From Candidatus Kaiserbacteria bacterium (GTDB lineage Bacteria; Patescibacteriota; Minisyncoccia; Phycocordibacterales; UBA2100), in assembly GCA_016217925.1 (NCBI GenBank), contig JACRFK010000005.1:44170-108169 (forward strand): a DNA stretch of 64,000 bases, given 5' to 3'. Of the stretch, positions 9,431 to 19,096 are shown in pieces. Positions within the stretch are counted from its first letter, which is position 1. Each line of letters begins with the position of its first letter. The notes under the pieces were generated by a model, which was not told the DNA's origin, made no database searches, and saw only the letters and a program-made list of their open reading frames with translations. The position numbers were made by a program, and so were the translations under genes.

Positions 9431-10096
9431 TCACGCACGGGCGAGCGCGAGTAGAGTGACTTCCGCGCCGGCGCGGCGCAGGGGTGTGGCGGCGTTCACG
9501 AGTGTTGCTCCCGTTGTCGTCACGTCGTCTATCAAAAATATATGCGTCTTGTTCACGAGCGCGGCGTTGGGCGCCATGAATGCTCCCGCCACATTGCTGA
9601 GCCGTTCCGGGCGGGGGAGACGGGTTTGTTGTTTGGTCGCGCGGACGCGGGCGAGGGCATGGGGAACGAATGTTGAAAGTGTGCTGTCGCGGAATTCTTG
9701 CGGCAGATTCTTCAGTACCAACTCTATCTGATTGAATCCGCGCTCGCGCACGCGGCCTGCATGCAGCGGCACGGGGACGATGAGGATTTTTTTCTGCGAA
9801 AATGCTCGCTGAGACGAGACCTCCTCGTGCAAATAATCCGCGAGCAGTGTCGCGGCGAGCCGCGCAGCGTGTCCCGACCCGTCGTACTTGAGCGAGCGGA
9901 CGAGGTCTTGCACGGCGCTTTGTCGGTAATCCATCAGAGTTGTGATGCGCGAGCCAAGGAGCTCGTGCACCGTTGGTGTGAGAGGAACATCTTCGGCCGT
10001 GCGCTCTTTGGTGCGCGCGCTTCGCGCGCGCAGGGGAAGGATGGTATCAAAGATCACTTCGAGAACGAATCGGAGCCTGATGAGCATCAACTTCAT
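9431..10096 (-). CDS. comF: ComF-family phosphoribosyltransferase (competence)
   Basis: VPVPLH..RERGFNQ, QQTRL..RLSNV and LIDDVTTTGAT; start 7 nt after TACAAT. Confidence 0.92.
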   Translation of the reverse strand: MKLMLIRLRFVLEVIFDTILPLRARSARTKERTAEDVPLTPTVHELLGSRITTLMDYRQSAVQDLVRSLKYDGSGHAARLAATLLADYLHEEVSSQRAFSQKKILIVPVPLHAGRVRERGFNQIELVLKNLPQEFRDSTLSTFVPHALARVRATKQQTRLPRPERLSNVAGAFMAPNAALVNKTHIFLIDDVTTTGATLVNAATPLRRAGAEVTLLALARA

Positions 10097-10188
10097 GGGT
10101 ACGATTGTATCGCATGCCCACACAGGGGAGACATATTTCACGCATACGCGGCGTGCAGGCTTTATAATGTCCTTATTGATGATGCGTC

Positions 10189-12396
10189 ATGAATCTATCC
10201 AAACTGCATACGAAATTCCTCATCCTTCTCATCGGCGTCGCACTTGCGCCTGTTTTAGTCGTCAGTACGGTAACGCTAATCCGATTCCAAAAGACACTCC
10301 AAACGGAAGCCTCGCGTCTCGGCAATCAGCTCGGCGCGACGGCCGCCGCGGAGATACAGTCGTTCGTCGTGTCGCAGCTCGGTGTTCTCGACCACACCGC
10401 GGTTCTGTATAAGCCTGGTTTCCCCGTTGAGCCCGCCGTAGCCGACAGCATACTTGAAAGCTTGCTTTTTCAGAACGAAAACTTTGTCGATATTTCCGTT
10501 GTCGACACAAGCGGTGTTGAGCGTGCCCGCAAAGACAGGGTTCTCGTCATAGACAAAAGCGACTTGCGCGATGTGAGCGAGACACTCGCATTCCGCGCGG
10601 TGGTGGCAGACGGAATCTATGTGGGTCCGGTATATTCGGTAGGCGGAAAGCCGTTTTTCGATATTGGGCACGATATACGCGACTCAGACGGGAAATTTGC
10701 TGGTGCGGTGCTCGCGCAGGTCGATGCCAAGGTTATGCCACTCGTTGTCAGTACTATATCGAAGATTGTGGGCGAGAATGGACGCGTCTACATCGTTGAC
10801 GACAGGGGAGTCGTTGTCGCGTATCCGGATATTTCGTACATGCTTGCGGAGAAGGATCTCTCGAGCCTTCCGCCGGTCCGGCAGATAATCGCGTCGCCCG
10901 AAGAAGCCGAGACGTCGGCGATCTATGTGAATGAGCTGGGGTTGCGGGTGCTTGGGTCCGCACACGCGATGACCATCGAGGTCTCACAGGGGTCGGGTGA
11001 GACATTCCGTATCAATTGGTTCGTTGTAGCGGAGCAGCCGGTCGACGTCGTTTTTGATGAATCACAACGCGCGGGGTTATTTCTGGCGATGATAGCGTTT
11101 TTGACGCTGCTCGGTGCCGGTGCGGTCGCATTTTATGCTGCCGGGAGGGTATCGGAGCCCATCGAGAACCTCCACGAAGCGACGAAAGAGTTCGGCAAGG
11201 GAAATCTTGCATATCGCGCACGCGTCGAGTCCAAGGACGAGATCGGCGACCTCGCAAAGAGTTTCAACGTGATGGCTGATACGCTCGCGCGATCGATTGA
11301 GTCGCTAAAAACGGAAGAACAGATCGTCTCTGCGGAGCGGAACAAGCTCAGCGTGATTCTCTCCGGAGTAACGAACGCGGTCATCGCGGTGGACCTCAAG
11401 GGATCGGTAATTCTCTTCAATCGAGCGGCGGAGATGCTTCTGGGAATAGCAGGGGCAAACGTTCTTGGTACGCCGGTCGGCAGTCTTATGCGGGTTTTCA
11501 ATGGAGATAAGGAGCTTGCAATCAACGAGTATTGCCCCCTGCAGTCCGGTACTTCTGAGGGACCCGTGTTCAGCAAGAACGATCTCAGGATCGTGGTGCC
11601 GAAGGGGGAGGAGCGTTATGTAAATATCGTTTCAGGCCACATCAGCGAGGGTCTGCAGAGCAATCTGGGGTGCATACTTACGTTGCAGGACATCACAAGC
11701 GAATATGCCATGGAGAGAACGAAACGTGAGTTCGTATCGATCGCAGCGCATCAACTGCGCACGCCACTTACCGGGATCGCATGGGTGCTCGAATCACTTG
11801 GAACGGTAGGTGTTACCGAAACCGCTCGCGCTCGTACCATCATCGAAGGTGGCCGTGGCGCGGTGCGACGGATGATCAGTCTTGTGGACGACCTGTTGGA
11901 TGTAAGCAAAATTGAGGAAGGTCAGTTCGGGATACAGATGAAAAAACAGTCGATAGTGCCGCTCGTTATGCGTGCATCCGAAACGTTCAAGGATCCGGCG
12001 CATGACAGGAAGATACTGGTAGGTGTTGACGTGCAGCAGCCGTTGCCAGAGGTATTGATAGATGAAGAAAAGGTAGAGATGGTATTGAACAACGTCATCG
12101 ATAACGCAATTAAATACACGCCCATTGGCGGGTCCGTGAACGTGAAGGCGGCACGCGAAGGGGATTCCGTGATCATCTCTGTAAAAGATAGCGGTATCGG
12201 CATCGCGAAAAACGAGACTGGTCGCATTTTCACCAAATTTTTCCGCTCGCCGAGAGCGCTTTCGTATTTCACCGATGGCAGTGGCCTTGGACTCTATGTT
12301 GCAAAGAATATTATCGATCAACATGGGGGAAATATATGGTTCGAGTCGGAGGAGGACAAAGGAACGACGTTCCATTTCTCTTTCCCAGTATCGTGA
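10189..12396 (+). CDS. Sensor histidine kinase (Cache-like, HAMP, PAS, HisKA, HATPase)
   Basis: Two TM helices flanking a large external domain; DEIGDLAKSFN HAMP; AAHQLRTPL; DSGIGI; GSGLGL. Confidence 0.95.
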   Translation: MNLSKLHTKFLILLIGVALAPVLVVSTVTLIRFQKTLQTEASRLGNQLGATAAAEIQSFVVSQLGVLDHTAVLYKPGFPVEPAVADSILESLLFQNENFVDISVVDTSGVERARKDRVLVIDKSDLRDVSETLAFRAVVADGIYVGPVYSVGGKPFFDIGHDIRDSDGKFAGAVLAQVDAKVMPLVVSTISKIVGENGRVYIVDDRGVVVAYPDISYMLAEKDLSSLPPVRQIIASPEEAETSAIYVNELGLRVLGSAHAMTIEVSQGSGETFRINWFVVAEQPVDVVFDESQRAGLFLAMIAFLTLLGAGAVAFYAAGRVSEPIENLHEATKEFGKGNLAYRARVESKDEIGDLAKSFNVMADTLARSIESLKTEEQIVSAERNKLSVILSGVTNAVIAVDLKGSVILFNRAAEMLLGIAGANVLGTPVGSLMRVFNGDKELAINEYCPLQSGTSEGPVFSKNDLRIVVPKGEERYVNIVSGHISEGLQSNLGCILTLQDITSEYAMERTKREFVSIAAHQLRTPLTGIAWVLESLGTVGVTETARARTIIEGGRGAVRRMISLVDDLLDVSKIEEGQFGIQMKKQSIVPLVMRASETFKDPAHDRKILVGVDVQQPLPEVLIDEEKVEMVLNNVIDNAIKYTPIGGSVNVKAAREGDSVIISVKDSGIGIAKNETGRIFTKFFRSPRALSYFTDGSGLGLYVAKNIIDQHGGNIWFESEEDKGTTFHFSFPVS

Positions 12397-12486
12397 TCTG
12401 CAGGACGCGCAGGCCCGATGCCCGTGGGGTTGCTTATGCACAGCTAGCGAGTGGAGGGCGCGATATGCCGCTATATACTTCTAGGT

Positions 12487-13656
12487 ATGCCTCCGCAAGA
12501 GAGTGTTGGGACAGGTGTCGGCACGCCTCCACAAGAACCCGTATCTCCTGAACCGGTGGAGCCTTTCGTCCCCACACGACCACTACGCGCCGTCGTAGGT
12601 GCACTCATCGCGGTTGTCGCGGTCGGCGCAGCTTTCTACGGATACAAGCTTTTGAGAGCGAGTCTCACCCCACCCGCACCCGCAAAAACATATGTCATCG
12701 GTATACTCTACTACCCGCAGCAGAATGATGCGGTCATCGCCTTTCAACAAAATATGGAGAGGCTCGGCTACAAAGAGGGGGTGAACGTGCGCTACGACCT
12801 GGCCAAAGTCTCTGTAGGGCCGACCATGATTGAAGAGTTTACGGCAGCAGCGGACCGGATGATAACTGCACAGGAAGACCTGATCTACGCGACATTCGAG
12901 AACGAGACCGCGATAGCGCTCCAAGAGTCTAAAAAGTACGGGAGCGATGTCCCGATCGTTTTTCTCACACGCTTCCACGATCCGGTGGAATACGGACTCA
13001 TCAATTCATATAAATCGTCTGGAAATAACGCGACAGGTATCGCGACGAATGTTTCCGAGACGATCGGTCGCACGCTCGGCTTTTTAAAAGAGATACGTCC
13101 CAATCTCAAGAAACTCGGCGTATTCAGTGATGGCTTCATGGTGGGTGACATCGGCGGCGCGTATCTCATCGAGCTCAGAAAGCAGGCGCCGAAATTCGGC
13201 ATGGAAGTCGTCGAATACAAAACGTCTGCACCGCCGGGGGAGGCGGAAGCGGAATTCCAGCGGGTGGCGGCGTCGATAAAACCCGGCGACATTGACGGCC
13301 TGTTCCACATCGCGGGTCACTTCATCGGTCCGCAGGAGGCCCTTGAGAATGAACTTGCGACGCGTCTCAAAATACCGATGTCAGCTCCCAACGAAGACCT
13401 TCCCAACGGTGGCATGTTCTCGTATTCGGACCTTGCTTCCGCTGCGGGTGAGCAGGCGGCTGTTTTGGCAGATAAGATATTCAAAGGCGCGAAACCATCG
13501 GACATCCCCGTAGAGTTTAATGCGAAATATGAACTCACGCTCGTCTTAGGACGCGCGCGTGCCGCAGGCATCACATTCCCCGATTCGATGCTCTTCATTG
13601 CAACGAACAAATACGAGGATAGTAGCAGTTTCCCCGAGGTTCTCCACGAGCGGTAG
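12487..13656 (+). CDS. ABC-type substrate-binding protein (ABC_sub_bind-like), membrane anchored
   Basis: LGYKEGVNV, PIVF..DPVEYGLI.S...GNNATG, LADKIFKGAKPSDIPVE motifs. Confidence 0.88.
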   Translation: MPPQESVGTGVGTPPQEPVSPEPVEPFVPTRPLRAVVGALIAVVAVGAAFYGYKLLRASLTPPAPAKTYVIGILYYPQQNDAVIAFQQNMERLGYKEGVNVRYDLAKVSVGPTMIEEFTAAADRMITAQEDLIYATFENETAIALQESKKYGSDVPIVFLTRFHDPVEYGLINSYKSSGNNATGIATNVSETIGRTLGFLKEIRPNLKKLGVFSDGFMVGDIGGAYLIELRKQAPKFGMEVVEYKTSAPPGEAEAEFQRVAASIKPGDIDGLFHIAGHFIGPQEALENELATRLKIPMSAPNEDLPNGGMFSYSDLASAAGEQAAVLADKIFKGAKPSDIPVEFNAKYELTLVLGRARAAGITFPDSMLFIATNKYEDSSSFPEVLHER

Positions 13657-13809
13657 AGCACGTTTTTAAACCTGCGCTTCAGTGCGAGCTTCTCTGCGGT
13701 CGCTATCTGGCGCTGCTGCGCCAGCGCTCAATCTCGCCGCCGCCGCGGCTGCGAAGACCGCAGAGAAGCCCGCCCCTCGCTCCGGTTAGACGTTTTAAAA
13801 CATGCTCTA
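13654..13809. mobile_element. MITE-like element, TAGAGC..GCTCTA family, copy 2
   Basis: tagagcacgtttttaaa ... ttttaaaacatgctcta; TA on both flanks; begins at the TAG of the binding-protein gene. Confidence 0.75.
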
Positions 13810-13830
13810 GTGGTACAATGGCGAAATGGA

Positions 13831-13911
13831 CCCCGTTAGAAGCTTTGTGGAATTTTCACTGGTAGCAAAAAGTATCGCTCGAATTTCAATATCCTATGGC
13901 TTCTAACGGGG
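13831..13911. mobile_element. MITE-like element, CCCCGTTAGA family, copy A, inserted in a start codon
   Basis: TIR ccccgttagaagc/gcttctaacgggg; TGGA duplicated at 13827-13830 and 13912-13915. Confidence 0.88.
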
Positions 13912-14237
13912 TGGACCTCGCGCAAAAGAAGTGTGTTGCATGCGAAGGCGGCGCAGAGCCAATGACTCCCATGGAGGCGATGGCGCTCCTCACGCACCTC
14001 AAGGGGTGGGCGCTGGCAAAAGATTTTAAAAAGATATCAAAACAATTCAAGTTCAAGAATTTTCTTGAAGCAATGGAGTTTGCCAACAAGATAACGCCGA
14101 TAGCGGAAGCAGAAGGCCATCATCCTGACCTCGAAATAGGCTGGGGAAGGGTCGGTATCGAACTCACCACGCACGCCATCAAGGGTCTTTCCGAAAATGA
14201 CTTCATTTTGGCTGCCAAGATAGACAAAATTGCGTGA
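13896..14237 (+). CDS. Pterin-4-alpha-carbinolamine dehydratase
   Basis: CVACEGG, FKNFLEAMEF, AEAEGHHPD, THAIKGLSENDFILAAKID; N-terminal MASNGV comes from the element. Confidence 0.93.
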   Translation: MASNGVDLAQKKCVACEGGAEPMTPMEAMALLTHLKGWALAKDFKKISKQFKFKNFLEAMEFANKITPIAEAEGHHPDLEIGWGRVGIELTTHAIKGLSENDFILAAKIDKIA

Positions 14238-14317
14238 CCCCGTTAGAGGCTTCGAGAACTATGCGTATGCCGTTGTTCGTTCCGCAACGAAAAGAATGAC
14301 CGTGGCCTCTAACGGGG
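14238..14317. mobile_element. MITE-like element, CCCCGTTAGA family, copy B, at a TGA stop codon
   Basis: TIR ccccgttagaggc/gcctctaacgggg; TGA on both sides; followed directly by TATAAT upstream of pilM. Confidence 0.85.
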
Positions 14318-14332
14318 TGATATAATTTCACA

Positions 14333-15481
14333 ATGGCGTTCTCTCTGAGCAACGTTCTCAAAAGCTTTACCTCACTCGGAAAATCAGCCGAGGGGAGTGT
14401 GTTGGGGATAGACATCGGTGCATCAAGCGCGAAGATCGTTCAACTGCGCACATCGCGCGGGGCCGCGATACTCGAAACCTATGGCGAAATAGCGCTTGGC
14501 CCCTACGGGCAGCAAGCTATCGGGAAGGCGGTCAAACTTACGCCAGAAAAGATTGCAGAGGCGCTTACTGATGTGATGCGCGAAGCAAATGTAACCGCAC
14601 GCGAAGGTGGACTCTCCATTCCTTTTTCCTCGAGCCTCGTCTCGGTGATAGACCTGCCGCAGAGCGAGCCCGATCAGTTGAAGCGCATGATACCGATCGA
14701 GGCGCGCAAATACATTCCGATACCGATAAGCGAAGTGACGCTCGATTACTTCGTCATTCCGCGCGAAGAAGGGGAAGGGAGCGCTTTCGATCGTGTCGAA
14801 GCAAAGACGCCTATGCAAGCGAAAGGCCAGGAGGTGCTCCTCGTCGCCATCCACAATACGACGCTCAAAGACTATCAGACCATTGCCGGGACAGCAGCGC
14901 TCAAGATTAATTTTTATGAGATCGAGATATTTAGCGCCGTACGTTCTTCCGTAGCGCATGGGATCGCACCCGTTCTTGTCGTCGACCTCGGAGCGGCGAC
15001 GACGAAGATCTATGTTGTCGAGCGTGGCGTCGTACGCTCCTCGCATCTCGTTTCCGTAGGGGGTCAGCACATGACAGAGAACCTCGGTCGTTCGATGGGG
15101 TGGGAGTTCGAGAAGGCCGAACGTGTGAAGCGCGAACGCGGGCTCATAGATTCCAACGCATACAGTACCGACGAAAATGACAAGATCAAGACAGCGCTGT
15201 TATCAACACTTACACGTGTGTTTTCCGAAGTGAATCGGGTACTATTGGGCTACGGGCAGCGATACAACAAAAATGTATCGCGCGTGGTCCTCGCAGGCGG
15301 CGGGGCGTCGCTCCCGGGCATTGCCGCGGCGGCGCACGAAAGTTTGTCTGCGGAAGTCGAGATCGCTAATCCTTTTTCGCATACGGAGGCGCCAGCGTTC
15401 CTCGAAACTGTACTGCGCGAAATAGGCCCGGGATTTTCGGTCGCCGTGGGTGTCGCGTTGCGCAAGCTCAAAAGCAGCTAA
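14333..15481 (+). CDS. pilM: Type IV pilus assembly protein PilM
   Basis: Actin-like LGIDIGASSAKIVQL, VDLGAATT and LAGGGA motifs. Confidence 0.93.
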   Translation: MAFSLSNVLKSFTSLGKSAEGSVLGIDIGASSAKIVQLRTSRGAAILETYGEIALGPYGQQAIGKAVKLTPEKIAEALTDVMREANVTAREGGLSIPFSSSLVSVIDLPQSEPDQLKRMIPIEARKYIPIPISEVTLDYFVIPREEGEGSAFDRVEAKTPMQAKGQEVLLVAIHNTTLKDYQTIAGTAALKINFYEIEIFSAVRSSVAHGIAPVLVVDLGAATTKIYVVERGVVRSSHLVSVGGQHMTENLGRSMGWEFEKAERVKRERGLIDSNAYSTDENDKIKTALLSTLTRVFSEVNRVLLGYGQRYNKNVSRVVLAGGGASLPGIAAAAHESLSAEVEIANPFSHTEAPAFLETVLREIGPGFSVAVGVALRKLKSS

Positions 15482-15484
15482 TGT

Positions 15485-16189
15485 ATGGTTGATACAGGCA
15501 TATCAGGTTCATTCATACCGCATGACACGTCGGTCGCACCTCCCGCACGCAGTAGCGGAGGTGGAGGGCTCAGCGATCTTCTTCTCCTCTGTGCAATAGT
15601 GCTTCTTGTCGCATCGGCCGCTCTTGCGATCGGTGTTTTTCTGTATGGACAATATCTGACGACCGAAAGTAGCGCAAAATTGTCCCAGCTCGAACGTGCG
15701 AAAGCGGCATTTCAGCCGGCTCTTGTGCAACAGTTCACGCGGCTTGACGATCGCATGCACGCAGCCGATCAGATCTTGAGCAGGCACCTCGCCCCGTCGC
15801 GTTTTTTCTCGGCACTTGAGGCTGCGACACTGCAAACCGTTTCATTCCAGACGCTGGATATTCAATCAGCTGATTCATCGAATTTGTCCATAGCTATGGC
15901 TGGAGTCGCACAAAGCGTAAACTCGATAGCGCTCCAGGCGGATCTTTTCAGCAAAAACGGAGTGATTACAAGCCCGATATTCTCCAATATCACACGACAA
16001 GCAGACGGCGTTCATTTCAAACTCTCCGCCACCGTGAATTCGGCAGCGATTCGCTTCAGCGGTGAGGGCGGGAGCCAAGAGACAGGTACTCAGAACGTAT
16101 CCGCGCCGGCTCAAAGCACATCTCCGTTCGACGCACGCACAGCTACTTCCACACAAGCACCAAAATCTTCGGCCACACCTCAAAACTGA
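15485..16189 (+). CDS. PilN-like bitopic membrane protein
   Basis: N-terminal TM and coiled coil; lies between pilM and pilO. Confidence 0.7.
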   Translation: MVDTGISGSFIPHDTSVAPPARSSGGGGLSDLLLLCAIVLLVASAALAIGVFLYGQYLTTESSAKLSQLERAKAAFQPALVQQFTRLDDRMHAADQILSRHLAPSRFFSALEAATLQTVSFQTLDIQSADSSNLSIAMAGVAQSVNSIALQADLFSKNGVITSPIFSNITRQADGVHFKLSATVNSAAIRFSGEGGSQETGTQNVSAPAQSTSPFDARTATSTQAPKSSATPQN

Positions 16190-16193
16190 TCAT

Positions 16194-16829
16194 ATGCGCT
16201 TCATTATTGCAATCGTCGGTGTCGTTCTCGCAGGGAGCATATTCTTTTGGTACACAAAACCCGCGTACGACAAAGTGCAGGGGACGCGGGGCACCATCGC
16301 GCAATACGATGCGGCACTTAACAAAGCCACAGAACTTCAGCAGTTGAAACAGACGCTGCTCATGCGTTTCAATACGTTCAGCCCAGCAGACCTAGACCGC
16401 CTCCAGAAACTGCTACCCGACCACGTGGACAACGTACGCCTTATTCTTGACCTCGACAATCTCGCAGAAGACCACGGGCTCGCTCTCCAGAATGTTGACG
16501 TTTCGAGTTCACAAAAACAGGTGACAAAAGGATCATCGGTCATTGGAGCGGTCGGTGGTTCAAATCAAAAGTATGATTCGCTCACACTAACGTTCGGCAC
16601 TGTCACCACGTACTCCGAATTCGTACGATTCTTGACAGACCTTGAGGCGAGCTTGCGCATTGTTGATCTCGTCTCCCTCTCGATCACACCATCCGGGAAC
16701 GCTGCTTCTTTTGCGTCAAGTGCGACGAATCCGTTCCTGACGTCTGGTGCGAAAGCAACAGCTCCCGTGAAGTCGACCGAACCACTCTACGTTTTTAACA
16801 TCTCACTCCGAACGTACTGGCTTAAATAA
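16194..16829 (+). CDS. pilO: PilO-like pilus assembly protein
   Basis: TM, coiled coil, LQKLLPD and FLTDLEASLRIVD; operon position. Confidence 0.8.
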   Translation: MRFIIAIVGVVLAGSIFFWYTKPAYDKVQGTRGTIAQYDAALNKATELQQLKQTLLMRFNTFSPADLDRLQKLLPDHVDNVRLILDLDNLAEDHGLALQNVDVSSSQKQVTKGSSVIGAVGGSNQKYDSLTLTFGTVTTYSEFVRFLTDLEASLRIVDLVSLSITPSGNAASFASSATNPFLTSGAKATAPVKSTEPLYVFNISLRTYWLK

Positions 16830-16830
16830 T

Positions 16831-17190
16831 ATGCAAACGCTTCTCCAACATAAACTCATACTCGTTGCGTGCGCGCTTCTTGTCGCGGGGGGCGTGTGGT
16901 ATGGCATGTCGTCGACCCCCGCAGCGCCCGACCTTACTTCTACTCCGGCTACAGCGGGTACCTCCTCGGTCGATCAAGGCATCGTCCCGACCCTGCTCAC
17001 ACTGCGAGCGGTCAAGTTGGATGGCACGGTATTTTCAGATCCCACATTCACGCAATTAAAGGACTTTTCGACAGAGATAATCGAGGAGCCTGTTGGTCGT
17101 ACGAACCCGTTCGCTCCATTTTCTTCTCCGTCACAGCTGTCGGCGAGCAGCACCAAGGGGACACAAACTTTCCAGCCCAGAGGTCAATAA
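16831..17190 (+). CDS. Small pilus-cluster protein (PilP-like N-terminus)
   Basis: TM and GRTNPFAP motif; follows pilO. Confidence 0.6.
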   Translation: MQTLLQHKLILVACALLVAGGVWYGMSSTPAAPDLTSTPATAGTSSVDQGIVPTLLTLRAVKLDGTVFSDPTFTQLKDFSTEIIEEPVGRTNPFAPFSSPSQLSASSTKGTQTFQPRGQ

Positions 17191-17196
17191 CGTTGT

Positions 17197-18933
17197 ATGC
17201 CGGGAGAGGGAACCACGACGGCACCTAGAACAAGCGCTCAGCCTATTGGGGATGTGCCGGTGCGCACTATCGGAGAGACCAAGATCGCCTATGAGATACT
17301 CCGGTACATACCCGAGGAGTCAGCGACCCATTACGGATTAGTTCCGATTGGTGTTACGGAAGGTGTTCTTGAAGTCGGAATGCTGGACCCGACTAACATC
17401 GATGGTGTCGATGCGCTTAATTTCATCGCACGGACGTCTGGAATGCCTTTCAAAATCTTTCAGATCAGCAAGGACGACTTCGATCATGTATTGGGAATGT
17501 ATCGTGGGCTCGGTGGTGAGGTTGAGCGAGCAGTCTCGGATCTTGCGACAGAGAGCAAACAAGAAAAAGGAAAAACAGGCGACCACGAGAACTCCTCTCT
17601 CGACCTCGAAGACCCCTCTATAGGAAGAGGCCCAGGTGAGGGCAGAGCAAATATCCAAGAAGACGCGCCGACAATCAAGATCGTTTCGACAATACTACGA
17701 TACGCCGTTGATGGGAAAGCGTCCGACGTACACATAGAACCGCAGCCATCCGGTGTACGCGTCCGCTATCGTGTCGACGGCGAATTACACACGAGCGTCA
17801 TATTACCTCTCAGCACGCACCGCGCGCTCGTTGCGCGCGTGAAGGTCCTCGCTTCTATCAGGCTCGACGAAATGCGCAAGCCGCAAGACGGTCGCTTTTC
17901 GGCGTCGATAGACACGCGTCAGATCGACTTCCGTGTATCCACATTCCCGTCGTACAACGGGGAAAAGGTGGTCATCCGTATCCTCGACCGCGATCAAGGA
18001 TTCATTCCTCTCGACCAAATAGGCCTCACGCCACGCAATCTAACAGCGATACGAAAAGCGGTCGCCGCTCCACACGGACTGGTCCTTATCTCGGGACCGA
18101 CGGGTTCCGGAAAATCGACGACACTGTATTCGATGCTCTCAGAGGTCGATCGTGAACACAAGAACGTCCTCTCGCTTGAAGACCCTATCGAGTATTACGT
18201 CGAGGGGGTCATTCAGTCACAGGTGCGTCCCGAGATTGGGTACACGTTTGCCAATGGTTTGCGCACGACCCTGCGCCAGGACCCGGACGTCATCATGGTG
18301 GGCGAGATACGCGATGGCGAGACCGCTAAACTTGCCATCCAGGCGGCGCTCACGGGCCACCTGGTGTTGTCGACGATACACACCAATGATGCGATCGGTA
18401 CTATTCCGCGCCTCATCGACATGGGAGTTGATCCATACCTCATCCCGCCGGTCCTTATTCTTTCCATCGCGCAGCGGCTCGTGCGCACCTTTTGCCCTGA
18501 TGCGGCGCAAGAAACCGCGCTCAGCGTGTCGCAACGCAAAAGCATCGAGAAACAACTCGGGTCTCTTCCGGAAAAGTATCGCTTTAAGGTGCCTGATGTG
18601 GTGTATGAGCCGGTACGCACTCCGACCTGTCCGACTGGTCTTCGCGGACGCCAGGCAGTGTTCGAGGTCCTCGAAATGTCTTCAGATATCGAGAAGATCA
18701 TACTCGACAATCCGGTCGACTCGCGCATTTGGGCGGCGGCGCGTGCACAAGGCATGATGACCATGCAAGAGGATGCTATGATTAAAGCGTTCGATAAGCG
18801 CGTTCCGTTCTCTGAAGTGAATGGCCTCTCCACGCTTTTGCTCGCTGGCGATGAGGACCACGAAGTGGGAGCGGAGCCCGCAGACAAAGAAGCTTCGCCC
18901 GAGGCGGAGACGCCTGGGGCCACGAATGTATGA
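17197..18933 (+). CDS. pilB: Type IV pilus extension ATPase PilB/GspE
   Basis: ASDVHIEP, PQDGR, GPTGSGKSTT, LRQDPDVIMVGEIRD, TGHLVLSTIHTN. Confidence 0.96.
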   Translation: MPGEGTTTAPRTSAQPIGDVPVRTIGETKIAYEILRYIPEESATHYGLVPIGVTEGVLEVGMLDPTNIDGVDALNFIARTSGMPFKIFQISKDDFDHVLGMYRGLGGEVERAVSDLATESKQEKGKTGDHENSSLDLEDPSIGRGPGEGRANIQEDAPTIKIVSTILRYAVDGKASDVHIEPQPSGVRVRYRVDGELHTSVILPLSTHRALVARVKVLASIRLDEMRKPQDGRFSASIDTRQIDFRVSTFPSYNGEKVVIRILDRDQGFIPLDQIGLTPRNLTAIRKAVAAPHGLVLISGPTGSGKSTTLYSMLSEVDREHKNVLSLEDPIEYYVEGVIQSQVRPEIGYTFANGLRTTLRQDPDVIMVGEIRDGETAKLAIQAALTGHLVLSTIHTNDAIGTIPRLIDMGVDPYLIPPVLILSIAQRLVRTFCPDAAQETALSVSQRKSIEKQLGSLPEKYRFKVPDVVYEPVRTPTCPTGLRGRQAVFEVLEMSSDIEKIILDNPVDSRIWAAARAQGMMTMQEDAMIKAFDKRVPFSEVNGLSTLLLAGDEDHEVGAEPADKEASPEAETPGATNV

Positions 18934-19096
18934 CCCCGTTAGAGGCTTCGCGTTTCAAAAAACAATAAATGTATGAACCCCGTTAGAAGCTTCGTAAAAT
19001 ATCTTTCAGTATGTACTTTATAATTTATTGCCCAATATCCTATGGCTTCTAACGGGGTGAACCAAGCAGATACAAATAAAGAGGCCTCTAACGGGG
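18934..19096. mobile_element. Nested CCCCGTTAGA-family elements: outer copy C 18934-19096, inner copy D 18978-19057
   Basis: Two left and two right TIRs; inner copy flanked by TGAA (18974-18977, 19058-19061); inner 3' 24 nt identical to copy A. Confidence 0.88.
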
